Origin: Sphingomicrobium sp.
GTDB taxonomy: Bacteria; Pseudomonadota; Alphaproteobacteria; Sphingomonadales; Sphingomonadaceae
Assembly: GCA_046596505.1 (NCBI GenBank)
Contig: JBKJMA010000211.1
Location: 1 to 34,328, forward strand
DNA length: 34,328 bases
Direction of reading: 5' to 3'
In this document: piece by piece, positions 1 through 7,670 of the stretch
Position numbering within the stretch: the stretch's first letter is position 1
Layout: each line of letters starts with the position of its first letter
The notes under the pieces: model-generated
Seen by the model: only the letters and a program-made list of their open reading frames with translations
Told to the model about the DNA's origin: nothing
Database searches by the model: none
Position numbers and translations under genes: made by a program

Positions 1-2
1 CG

Positions 3-677
3 CACCCGTCGCTCGCCGCCGCGTCAATCGAGCAGAAAGGGTTTGCTGGCAATCCCGCCCCGACCGGTCATGGTACGGCGGTCGCTTCGCTCATTGTCGG
101 CGACCAGGGACCATTTCACGGTGCCGCGCGCGGGGCGTCGCTGATCGTCGCCGACGTCTATGGCGGCAATCGCGCAGCAGGCTCGGCCGAAACGGTGGTG
201 CGCGCGCTGTCGTGGGTGGCGGCGAAGCGGCCTCAAGTGATCAACATCAGCCTTGTTGGTCCCGACAATCGCCTGCTCGCGCGGGCGATCGAGGCGGTCG
301 AGCGGCGCGGTATCGCAGTCGTCGCCGCGGTCGGTAACGATGGCCCCGCCGCCCCGCCGCAATATCCCGCCTCTTATTCGGGGGTGATCGCCGTCACGGC
401 GGTCGACGCGCGCGACCGGGTCCTGACCGAGGCCGGCAAGGCCGTGCACCTCGATTTCGCCGCGCCTGGTGCCGACCTCGCCGCCGCGCTCCCGGGCCGG
501 GGCTATGCGCGGGTGCGGGGGACCAGCTTCGCTGCGCCGCTGGTCGCGGCACGGCTGGCGTTGACGGGCAGCGCGGCGCGCCTTGCCGCTGAAGCCGCGC
601 CGGGCAAGGGACGGGTTGGCCGCGGGATCATCTGCCGCGCTTGCCGCATCGATCCGCGACTGGTCGGAGCGAAATAA
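3..677 (+). CDS. S8 family (subtilisin-like) serine peptidase, 5'-truncated by window edge
   Basis: Frame is open from position 3: TGHGTAVASL (catalytic His), VINISL, AAVGNDG (oxyanion Asn), YPA, RGTSFAAP (catalytic Ser); stop TAA at 675-677. Confidence 0.9.
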   Translation, partial: HPSLAAASIEQKGFAGNPAPTGHGTAVASLIVGDQGPFHGAARGASLIVADVYGGNRAAGSAETVVRALSWVAAKRPQVINISLVGPDNRLLARAIEAVERRGIAVVAAVGNDGPAAPPQYPASYSGVIAVTAVDARDRVLTEAGKAVHLDFAAPGADLAAALPGRGYARVRGTSFAAPLVAARLALTGSAARLAAEAAPGKGRVGRGIICRACRIDPRLVGAK

Positions 678-765
678 ATCGTCGCCCCGGGGATGAAGCG
701 CGCGTGCGCCGTCGTTCTCTCGATACTGGGGCATGAACCGCCCCGATGACGAGGGAGACATCAAC

Positions 766-1476
766 ATGATCAAATCAAAATTCCTGCTTGCCGCGCTGAT
801 TGCCGGGTCGAGCGCCATCCCCGCCCAGGCCCAGCTGCTCGGCGGCGGCGGCAATCTTGGTGGCGGGCTGATGGGCGGCGTCACCGGCGCGGTCGGAGGC
901 GTGGTCACTGGCGCGGGTTCGCTCGGCGGTTCGGGCAGCGGCGGGCTCGGCGGAAGCCTGGACGGCAATGTCCTCGGGTCGGTCACCAACGGCCTTTCCA
1001 GCAGCGTGTCGAACAGCGTCTCGGGAAGCGTCACCAAATCGCTGTCGGCCAGCGCCAACCGCTCAATCGACACGCGCAGCGGCTCGGCCAGCGGCGACGT
1101 CGGACTCGCGGGAACGATCTCCGGCGCAGCCAGCGCGGTGTCGTCGGCGAGCGCACTCGGCCAGGCCGCTAACCTTGCCGGTTCGGGCTCGGGCAGCGCC
1201 TCGGCGAACAAGAATTCGAGCTTTGGCTTGAACGCGCTTGGTACTGACCAGCTTGGCGCGATCGCCGGTCAGGCGACGGGCACGGCGCAGGGCGCTGCGT
1301 CGGCAATGGGTCAGCAGGCGGTGCAGGCCGGGGCCAGCGCCCGTGGGTCGGCATCGGGGGCGGCGTCAGGCGCGCTTGGCGCGGCAAACGGGCTGGGCAA
1401 CAGTGGGAATACCCGCGCGTCGGCGAACGGCAACGCCAACGGCTCGGCCAACGCCAACGGAGCAACCAGCTTCTAA
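766..1476 (+). CDS. Secreted Gly/Ser/Ala/Asn-rich low-complexity hypothetical protein
   Basis: RBS GAGGGAGA at 751-758, ATG 766; Sec signal MIKSKFLLAALIAGSSAIPAQA|QLL; mature part almost entirely G/S/A/N/T/V/L; followed by a terminator. Confidence 0.8.
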   Translation: MIKSKFLLAALIAGSSAIPAQAQLLGGGGNLGGGLMGGVTGAVGGVVTGAGSLGGSGSGGLGGSLDGNVLGSVTNGLSSSVSNSVSGSVTKSLSASANRSIDTRSGSASGDVGLAGTISGAASAVSSASALGQAANLAGSGSGSASANKNSSFGLNALGTDQLGAIAGQATGTAQGAASAMGQQAVQAGASARGSASGAASGALGAANGLGNSGNTRASANGNANGSANANGATSF

Positions 1477-1498
1477 CTTCGCACAACTGAACGATTTT

Positions 1499-1532
1499 CC
1501 CGCTGCTCGAACCCAATCGAGCGGCGGGTTTT
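1499..1532 (+). terminator. Rho-independent terminator
   Basis: Stem CCCGCTGCTCGA / TCGAGCGGCGGG (one G-U), 6-nt loop, then TTTT, just after the stop at 1476. Confidence 0.75.
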
Positions 1533-2032
1533 CGCAAAGCCGGCCAAGCTCCATTCGGCCACTTCCGGTCATTTCGATGTTCATTAGCTGGAACGCCCGG
1601 ATTTGGCCGATTACGGCCCAACTGCTTTTAGCTCGCGGCCAATGGAAGGTGACATTCGAGCTGTGCAACGACGAGTGCCTGCTCCTGATCCAATCCATTA
1701 CATCCGCCGAAACGCAGTTGCCGGGATAACGCGGTCTCTTTGTTTCACTTTTGCCGCAACGTAATTGGGGCCGGATGCAGGTGCCAGGCTTCGCCAACTC
1801 CCATTGCCATTCGCTGGGTCGAGCCGTGCAACCCCGTCTCCGGCTAAAAGCGGCAAATGCGCACCTGGCGGGTGGCCATCTGCAAAGTTGATGCCGAATT
1901 CGCCAGCGCGCATGTGTGTTCGGCGCGGGCGGGGTAGATTGATCCATTTTCATAGCAAAAAGAATGATTTACAAATTGCCAGAAAGCCTTTGTTCGCGCG
2001 CCCACGACTAAGTAACTTAATCGGTCGGAGAG

Positions 2033-2057
2033 GGAACCGAATCGCTTCCGTCCGGTT
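2033..2057 (+). promoter_or_regulatory. Putative EcfG (sigmaT/RpoE2, general stress response) promoter
   Basis: GGAAC-N16-GGTT (= GGAAC-N17-GTT) placed just upstream of RBS GGAGG (2066-2070) and GTG 2077. Confidence 0.6.
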
Positions 2058-2076
2058 GTCGCTCCGGAGGCCCACT

Positions 2077-2931
2077 GTGCTTGAATTTGATTCGTCACCT
2101 GAGCGCTTGACCCAATCTCTTCTTACCCTTGCACGGGACAATTCCCGCAACCCGCAAGTCGATCCGCTTCTGAAATCAATTGGCCCGAGGCGAAGTTTGC
2201 AGATCCATCAGCAGCGCGCCGAGCGCGGCAACCTCGAGCGACTGGCCCGATCGCTCACGGGCGGTTCGGCAGATGGCATAGAACAGGCGACGATCCTTGG
2301 CCTTTGGCGAAGTGCGCGGCATGATCCCGCCAATACTGTGTTATCCGCTTCTAATGGGGTTCGCCTCATTACTAGCGGCTGGGTGGGATGGGTGCGCTAT
2401 GCCGACGACGGCCAGCGACTGATCTTTCTCTTCCTGATGCCCGGCGATTTCATTGTTCCCAGCCTCTTCGAGCCGGGGTGCTGCGACGTGGTCACCCTCA
2501 CGCCATTGCGGACCGTAGATGCCTCGCCACTTATGCAAGAGGGGGCGACCACCACGCCGAAGTCTGCTGCGATGATTGCTCGTAGCGGACGCGACTACCG
2601 CCTGCTGCTCGTCGATCATCTGACGCGATTGACGAATGGCTCAACGACGCGAAGTGTCGCCCACCTCTTAAATGAGTTCCATGAGCGCTCGGTTCGCGCC
2701 GGCTGGTGTGAAAATGGCCGCTTCAGTCTCCCAATCGGCCAACGAGTCCTCGCTCGATCGCTGGGCCGGAGTACCGTCCAGATCAATAAGATCATTAACA
2801 AGTTCCAAGCCGATGGCTTGCTCCGGGTCGGCTATGACTGGGTCGAGGTGCTTCAACCCGACGCGCTCCGCACAGCGGCTGGAATTACCCACAGTGATCG
2901 AGGTCGGTCTCCGGCAAGCGCCGGTCTCTGA
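2077..2931 (+). CDS. Crp/Fnr family transcriptional regulator
   Basis: GGAGG RBS then GTG 2077; cNMP-like beta-roll (LITSGWV..DGQRLIFLFLMPGDF) and C-terminal HTH (FSLPIGQRVLARSLGRSTVQINKIINKFQADGLL..VEVLQPDAL). The ORF-track start at 1765 is probably too long. Confidence 0.8.
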   Translation: MLEFDSSPERLTQSLLTLARDNSRNPQVDPLLKSIGPRRSLQIHQQRAERGNLERLARSLTGGSADGIEQATILGLWRSARHDPANTVLSASNGVRLITSGWVGWVRYADDGQRLIFLFLMPGDFIVPSLFEPGCCDVVTLTPLRTVDASPLMQEGATTTPKSAAMIARSGRDYRLLLVDHLTRLTNGSTTRSVAHLLNEFHERSVRAGWCENGRFSLPIGQRVLARSLGRSTVQINKIINKFQADGLLRVGYDWVEVLQPDALRTAAGITHSDRGRSPASAGL

Positions 2932-3010
2932 CAAGCGTTCGCTGCCTTAACCAACAGTCATTCGAATAGTGTTGCGGCCGCCCGACCGGGACGATTATTC
3001 TCGTCGTTCA

Positions 3011-3739
3011 ATGCGATCCACCATCCCTCCGCTGCGGGCTCCGCCCTTGCGTCAACCCGAGCGCGTCGAGCGCGGAAGCGTGTTGATCGCCATCATCACG
3101 GTCCATCTGCTCGTGTTGCTGTGGCTCTTTACTCGGCCGATAACGGAGCAAGTGCGCCGCGATGCGGGCGGGGATCTCGTCCTTATCTCGATCTCGGACG
3201 GCAAGCCTGCAGCAACCCCGCCAACCGTCCCGAAGCCTCCACCTGCGATCGTGTTACCGGCCCCAGCAATCATCCTTCCAAGCCCGCTTCCCACGCCGAC
3301 TGAGCAACAAAATTGGTCGCAAGCAGGACAGGCTGGTGGTTGTTCGCTTGCGGCCCGCTCAGCCGAGGCCATTGCCAGAGATCCTGCGGCGATGGCTGAA
3401 CTTGCGGCACTTCCGCCCGCTTACCGGACGTCAGCGGATGCGGTGATGCTGTGGAACGGCGAGTGGTTGGCCAGTGCGCCCGGAACGATCGCGCCGCCGC
3501 CAACCCCCTCGCTTCGTCGCGTCGTTGAACAGGTGGTCGCAGATGCCTCCCCCGAATGCCAAACCGCCCCAATGGCCGGCCCGCAATTTCTCGCGATCCC
3601 CGAGCAAAGCCGCAATACAACGCTCGTTATTGGATCGGGGGAATGGCGGTGGTCCGACATTTTGGCGATCTCATCGGCCTGCCTCAAAACCCCGTCAGAT
3701 GCCTGTTTGTCGCCTTTAGCACCGTCTACGACCCCCTGA
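3011..3739 (+). CDS. Hypothetical bitopic membrane protein with Pro-rich periplasmic linker (TonB-like N-terminal architecture)
   Basis: One TM segment containing His (VLIAIITVHLLVLLWLF), then a Pro-rich stretch and a C-terminal domain with 4 Cys. Start uncertain (2969 GTG or 3011 ATG). Confidence 0.65.
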   Translation: MRSTIPPLRAPPLRQPERVERGSVLIAIITVHLLVLLWLFTRPITEQVRRDAGGDLVLISISDGKPAATPPTVPKPPPAIVLPAPAIILPSPLPTPTEQQNWSQAGQAGGCSLAARSAEAIARDPAAMAELAALPPAYRTSADAVMLWNGEWLASAPGTIAPPPTPSLRRVVEQVVADASPECQTAPMAGPQFLAIPEQSRNTTLVIGSGEWRWSDILAISSACLKTPSDACLSPLAPSTTP

Positions 3740-3845
3740 GCGATCAATTATCTTAACGTTAAGCCGAATGTTCGCAGGCGTTCGCAACTTCCCCGCCAAT
3801 CGTCCGTATCTGCTTGAACAACAGACGCGCCACGGGAGGCTCAAT

Positions 3846-5432
3846 ATGACCAGTAGTTTTAGGATCACGACCGCCATTGGGTTGGTAACACTATGTATTG
3901 CCGGCTCGGCAATCGCGTCTAGCCACCGCGAAGCGCCAGGCATCACCAAGATGCCCAAGGTCGACAACACCGACACATATGCCTTCCGCAGCTACGAAAC
4001 CGGTCGCGCCGGATTCACCACACTAATAGCCAATTTCCAGCCGGGCGAATATCCAGGCGCCGGTCCCAACTATTACACGATGGACCCTGACGCGATCTAC
4101 GAGATCCATGTCGACAATGCTGGTGATGCCAAGCAACATCTGACCTTCCAGTTCAAATTCACCAACACGCTCAAGTCCGACACCGGCAAGACCGTGACCG
4201 TCGGCGGCAAGGTGCTTCCGATTGCGCTCAGGGCCATCGGGCCGATCTCGCAGCCGCTCGACGCCAACCTTGGCGAAGATGAGCAATATACGGTCACCCT
4301 CGTCACCGACAGCGCTACCACGGGCACGCGCGCCGCGGTGACCAATGCCAGCGGCGGCGGATCGACCTTCGTCAAGCCGTTCGACAACTCCGGCAACAAG
4401 ACCATCGCCAACTACCCGGCCTATGCCAACCAGTTCATCTACAATGTGAATATCCCGGGTTGCGCGACCGCTGGCCGGGTCTTCGCGGGCCAGCGCCAGG
4501 AAGCCTTCGCGGTCAACCTTGGGCCGATCTTCGATCTCGTCAACTTTGTGCCGATCGAGGGCAGCATTGCCCAGAGCGACGCCAATCAAGAACTGATCGG
4601 AAAGGCCAACGTAACGACCCTTGCGATCGAGGTCCCGACCTCGTGCCTCGTCGGTTCGGGTAATGGCAACATCGGCGTTTGGTCTACTGCCAGCCTGCCA
4701 CAGGCCAAGCTTCACAAGCCCAACCCAACCTATAAGAATCCGACGTTGTCAGGCGGCGCTTATACGCAGGTCTCGCGTCTCGGCATGCCACTCGTCAACG
4801 AGCTCGTTATCGGCCTGCCGCAGAAGGATTTGTTCAACGCGGCAAAGCCGACGCAGGACGGAGCGCTGGCGGATTACGTCACCAACCCCACCTTCCCGGC
4901 AATCCTCGAGGTGCTGTTCGGCGGGGCCGGGATCAGGGCGCCGACCAACTTCCCGCGCAAAGATCTGGTCGCGACCTTCCTGACCGGAATCGAGGGCCTC
5001 AATCAGCTTAAGGCGGTTACGCCTTCTGAGATGATCCGTCTGAATACGACCGTCACCGCCACTCCCGCTGCCAGCCAGAATAGTCTCGGCGTTGCTGGCA
5101 ACGACCTGGCCGGTTTCCCCAATGGCCGTCGTCCCGGTGATGACGTTGTCGATGTCGTTCTCCGGGTCGCAATGGGCCGTCTTTGCTATCCGGTGCCTAT
5201 CGCCGGAACGCAGACTGACCTCAGGCTGTGCGCTCCGACCGACGCTCCCTCGGGTCAGGTGCCATTCACCGACGGCGCTCCGATCAATGCCTTGGGTACT
5301 TACGTCGGTGCCTCCGGTAACACTGGTGCCAATGCGGGTTACGTAAGTCCCCCGGGACCTTATCTGCAGCAGACCTTCCCCTATCTCGCAACCCCGCTGC
5401 GCGGCTCGCCGCGTCCGCAGAACCAGCCATAA
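3846..5432 (+). CDS. DUF4331 domain-containing secreted protein
   Basis: RBS GGGAGG at 3834-3839, ATG 3846; signal peptide ending AIA|SSHREAP; family motifs DNTDTYAF, VFAGQR, QVSRLGMPLVNE, GFPNGRRPGDDVVD, FPYLATP. Confidence 0.88.
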   Translation: MTSSFRITTAIGLVTLCIAGSAIASSHREAPGITKMPKVDNTDTYAFRSYETGRAGFTTLIANFQPGEYPGAGPNYYTMDPDAIYEIHVDNAGDAKQHLTFQFKFTNTLKSDTGKTVTVGGKVLPIALRAIGPISQPLDANLGEDEQYTVTLVTDSATTGTRAAVTNASGGGSTFVKPFDNSGNKTIANYPAYANQFIYNVNIPGCATAGRVFAGQRQEAFAVNLGPIFDLVNFVPIEGSIAQSDANQELIGKANVTTLAIEVPTSCLVGSGNGNIGVWSTASLPQAKLHKPNPTYKNPTLSGGAYTQVSRLGMPLVNELVIGLPQKDLFNAAKPTQDGALADYVTNPTFPAILEVLFGGAGIRAPTNFPRKDLVATFLTGIEGLNQLKAVTPSEMIRLNTTVTATPAASQNSLGVAGNDLAGFPNGRRPGDDVVDVVLRVAMGRLCYPVPIAGTQTDLRLCAPTDAPSGQVPFTDGAPINALGTYVGASGNTGANAGYVSPPGPYLQQTFPYLATPLRGSPRPQNQP

Positions 5433-5447
5433 GCGGGAGGAAAGAAC

Positions 5448-5711
5448 ATGACCAAAAAGCAACTGGTGCAACGCGCATTAATCGGAACGGCCCTCGCGCT
5501 TCCCCTCGCCGCTTGCGGCGGGGGAGGTGGTGGAGGATCCGATTCCGTCATCACCCCGCCGGTGGTCGTCACGACCGCGCAGGAGGATAAGTTCGGCATA
5601 CCGTTCGGGATCGACTTCCGCGCGGCGATGAATTCGGAGCCGGCGAGCGTCAGCGATGGCGACATCGTCCCGGTCACTGCGACCAACGATCCGATCGACA
5701 TCACGCCTTAA
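5448..5711 (+). CDS. Small lipoprotein, DUF4331-associated
   Basis: RBS GGGAGG; lipobox LAAC followed by a poly-Gly tether; 15 bp downstream of DUF4331 and before a shared terminator. Confidence 0.8.
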   Translation: MTKKQLVQRALIGTALALPLAACGGGGGGGSDSVITPPVVVTTAQEDKFGIPFGIDFRAAMNSEPASVSDGDIVPVTATNDPIDITP

Positions 5712-5717
5712 CGAAGT

Positions 5718-5751
5718 AAAGAGCCCGGTGGTCCAGCGATCACCGGGCTTT
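5718..5751. terminator. Probable bidirectional intrinsic terminator
   Basis: AAAG-AGCCCGGTGGTC-cagc-GATCACCGGGCT-TT hairpin between convergent stops at 5711 and 5755. Confidence 0.8.
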
Positions 5752-5754
5752 CGC

Positions 5755-6582
5755 TTACCGACCGCGTTTGGCCGCGTAACCGAAGGTGAGACTGGAGAAA
5801 GTGGTCAGAAAGTCGGCGTTTTGCGATACGATCGGCTTGGTCCAGATGACGTTGACGAGCCATGATCCGACCGGTGGTACCTCGAAGCTTGCTCTTCCCT
5901 TCGCATCCGAACGGGCAATGCGCAGGGGCTTTGCGTCGAATTCGAGACTGGTGAGTTTCACCAATGCGCCGGGCAAGGCGCGGCCTTCAAAGAGGATCTG
6001 GACGGGGAGAATATGATCGGCGCCCAACGAATAGGGATTGCGCAGCGGGACTATCTCGAGCGTGAGGCCGAGCGCACGCGTGGCGAGCGCGTCGTCTCGC
6101 GGCGTCGATCGTCCTACCTGGATGAGAGCTTTTGCGCGCCTGCTATACAGTTCGCGGCCGTTGCGATTCATAGCGCCGCTGCGGGTGCGTGCGTCGATCG
6201 CCGGGGTCAGCCCCTCAACCTTGATATAATCGTTGAAGCGGATCGACGGCAGGTCGCTCGAGGCGTTCGTCGAGACGAGACTGACGATGTGCAACCCCTC
6301 TCGGCGAAAGGTGCGGGTCAGGTGCGGAACTTCGCCTCCCGGCTTAAACAGCGGGCGAACATCGACCGCGCCGCCACGCGCCAGATCGCTGAGCGCCAGC
6401 AGGTGGCCGCCATCGGCTCCCCATTGCTGGCGGAAAGAACCGTGGCCGACCTCGACTACAAACGGAAGCGGATTGCCGGGGCCGGTCTGCCAACTTTGCG
6501 GCTGAAGCCAGAAGTCATGCGCGGATGCGGTGCCGGCAAGCGACAAGCCGATGATCGTTGCAACAAACCCACGCATCTGCAT
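5755..6582 (-). CDS. DUF4198 domain-containing periplasmic protein (NikM/cobalt-nickel uptake-associated family)
   Basis: AAGGA RBS; signal peptide ASA|HDFWL; motifs FNDYIKVEGL, RELYSRRAKALI, LEIVPLRNPY, SDAKGRA, GSWLV, FSSLTF. Start 6582 or 6576. Confidence 0.85.
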   Translation of the reverse strand: MQMRGFVATIIGLSLAGTASAHDFWLQPQSWQTGPGNPLPFVVEVGHGSFRQQWGADGGHLLALSDLARGGAVDVRPLFKPGGEVPHLTRTFRREGLHIVSLVSTNASSDLPSIRFNDYIKVEGLTPAIDARTRSGAMNRNGRELYSRRAKALIQVGRSTPRDDALATRALGLTLEIVPLRNPYSLGADHILPVQILFEGRALPGALVKLTSLEFDAKPLRIARSDAKGRASFEVPPVGSWLVNVIWTKPIVSQNADFLTTFSSLTFGYAAKRGR

Positions 6583-6642
6583 CGTTCCTTATATCGAAGA
6601 CGGTCATTAATAGCGCAAACGATTGCCGGTGTCTCGCTAATA

Positions 6643-7191
6643 ATGATTGCTGGTCCGGCAGTTGCTCATGCCGGAACCGGGCTACCGGGTGGCTTTATTG
6701 CCGGGGTCGGGCATCCTTTGACTGGGCCAGACCATATGTTGGCTATGGTCGCTGTCGGCCTGTGGGGATATTTTCTTGGAAAGCCGCTGATTTACTTGCT
6801 GCCGATGGTCTTCCCGATCATGATGGCGATCGGTGCTGGGGTTGGCATGGCGGGCGTTAGCCTGCCTCCGGTCGAGATCGGCATCGCCATCTCAGTGTGT
6901 GTACTCGGCGCGCTCATCCTCGGCGCAGTCAGGGCGCCGTCATGGGTTGCCTGCGCGGTGGTCGGGTTGTTCGCGCTGTTTCACGGCTATGCCCACGGCA
7001 TCGAACTGCCCTCCGCAGCCGACCCGATCGGTTACAGTCTCGGGTTTGTGCTGGCGACGGGGTCGCTGCACGTCGCTGGGATCGCCATCGGCTCACTCGC
7101 GGCTCTTCCTCGCGGCGAGACGGTCCTACGCGGGCTCGGCGGCGTGGTGTGTGCGATCGGGCTCGGCTTCCTGTGGGTCGCCGCGCGATGA
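6643..7191 (+). CDS. HupE/UreJ family metal (Ni/Co) permease
   Basis: AVA|HAG, GVGHPLTGPDHMLAMVAVGLW, VEIGIAIS, FALFHGYAHGIE, LATGSLHVAG motifs; about 6 TM segments. Start codon uncertain (see findings). Confidence 0.9.
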   Translation: MIAGPAVAHAGTGLPGGFIAGVGHPLTGPDHMLAMVAVGLWGYFLGKPLIYLLPMVFPIMMAIGAGVGMAGVSLPPVEIGIAISVCVLGALILGAVRAPSWVACAVVGLFALFHGYAHGIELPSAADPIGYSLGFVLATGSLHVAGIAIGSLAALPRGETVLRGLGGVVCAIGLGFLWVAAR

Positions 7192-7670
7192 GGGGCGGCT
7201 TCCTGCCTCCCGCGATCCTGATCGCGGCGCTCGGCGTGACGCTCGCCTTCATTCCGCTCCGCCGCGCGCTCATCGCTGCGGGCGTGATGACAATCGTCGC
7301 ATTGGGAACATGGTGGATCGGGCCGCCGGCGCGCTGGATCGAACTGATATTCATTGGCTGTTGGCTAAGCGTCATCGCCACCGCCGCGCTAGTCCATCGC
7401 CCGCTCGAGCTGCCGTCGGCAGCGTTTCTTGCCGCCGCCGCCAATGCCGGGCTGTGGGCCGGCGCGGTGATCGCGGTGGCAGGGAAAGGAAGCGACCTTG
7501 CGATCGCCCTGCCTTGCGTGTTGCTACTCGTCGTCGGTCGCCCGATCGTTGTCCGTGGCTGGGGCATCGGCGTGAAAGTGCTGGCCAGCTGGCTAACCGC
7601 GGTCGCCATCCTCGCGACGATGGTTTCCCTAACCCCGACGCCGGGCTACAAACCCGACCATATGGAATGA
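7188..7670 (+). CDS. Hypothetical integral membrane protein (about 5-6 TM)
   Basis: ATGA overlap with the hupE stop; hydrophobic throughout; ends TPTPGYKPDHME; ATGA overlap with the next gene. Confidence 0.8.
   Translation: MRGGFLPPAILIAALGVTLAFIPLRRALIAAGVMTIVALGTWWIGPPARWIELIFIGCWLSVIATAALVHRPLELPSAAFLAAAANAGLWAGAVIAVAGKGSDLAIALPCVLLLVVGRPIVVRGWGIGVKVLASWLTAVAILATMVSLTPTPGYKPDHME

Noticed and set aside
24-1211. 395-aa Pro-rich minus-strand ORF
   Set aside because: Antisense to the S8 protease and Gly-rich gene; its prolines mirror Gly codons.
1939-1953. FNR/FixK box upstream of the Crp gene
   Set aside because: Only the TTGAT half-site is present; the second half does not match ATCAA.
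1765-2076. N-terminal extension of the Crp ORF
   Set aside because: No RBS at 1765; promoter motif and GGAGG RBS point to GTG 2077.
6013-6576. Apparent long N-terminal extension or fusion on HupE (392-aa ORF)
   Set aside because: It is the antisense frame of the DUF4198 gene; HupE similarity starts only near 6600-6643.
6833-7666. 496-aa version of the lytic transglycosylase
   Set aside because: The upstream part overlaps hupE and the membrane gene in other frames; the signal peptide starts at 7667-7676.
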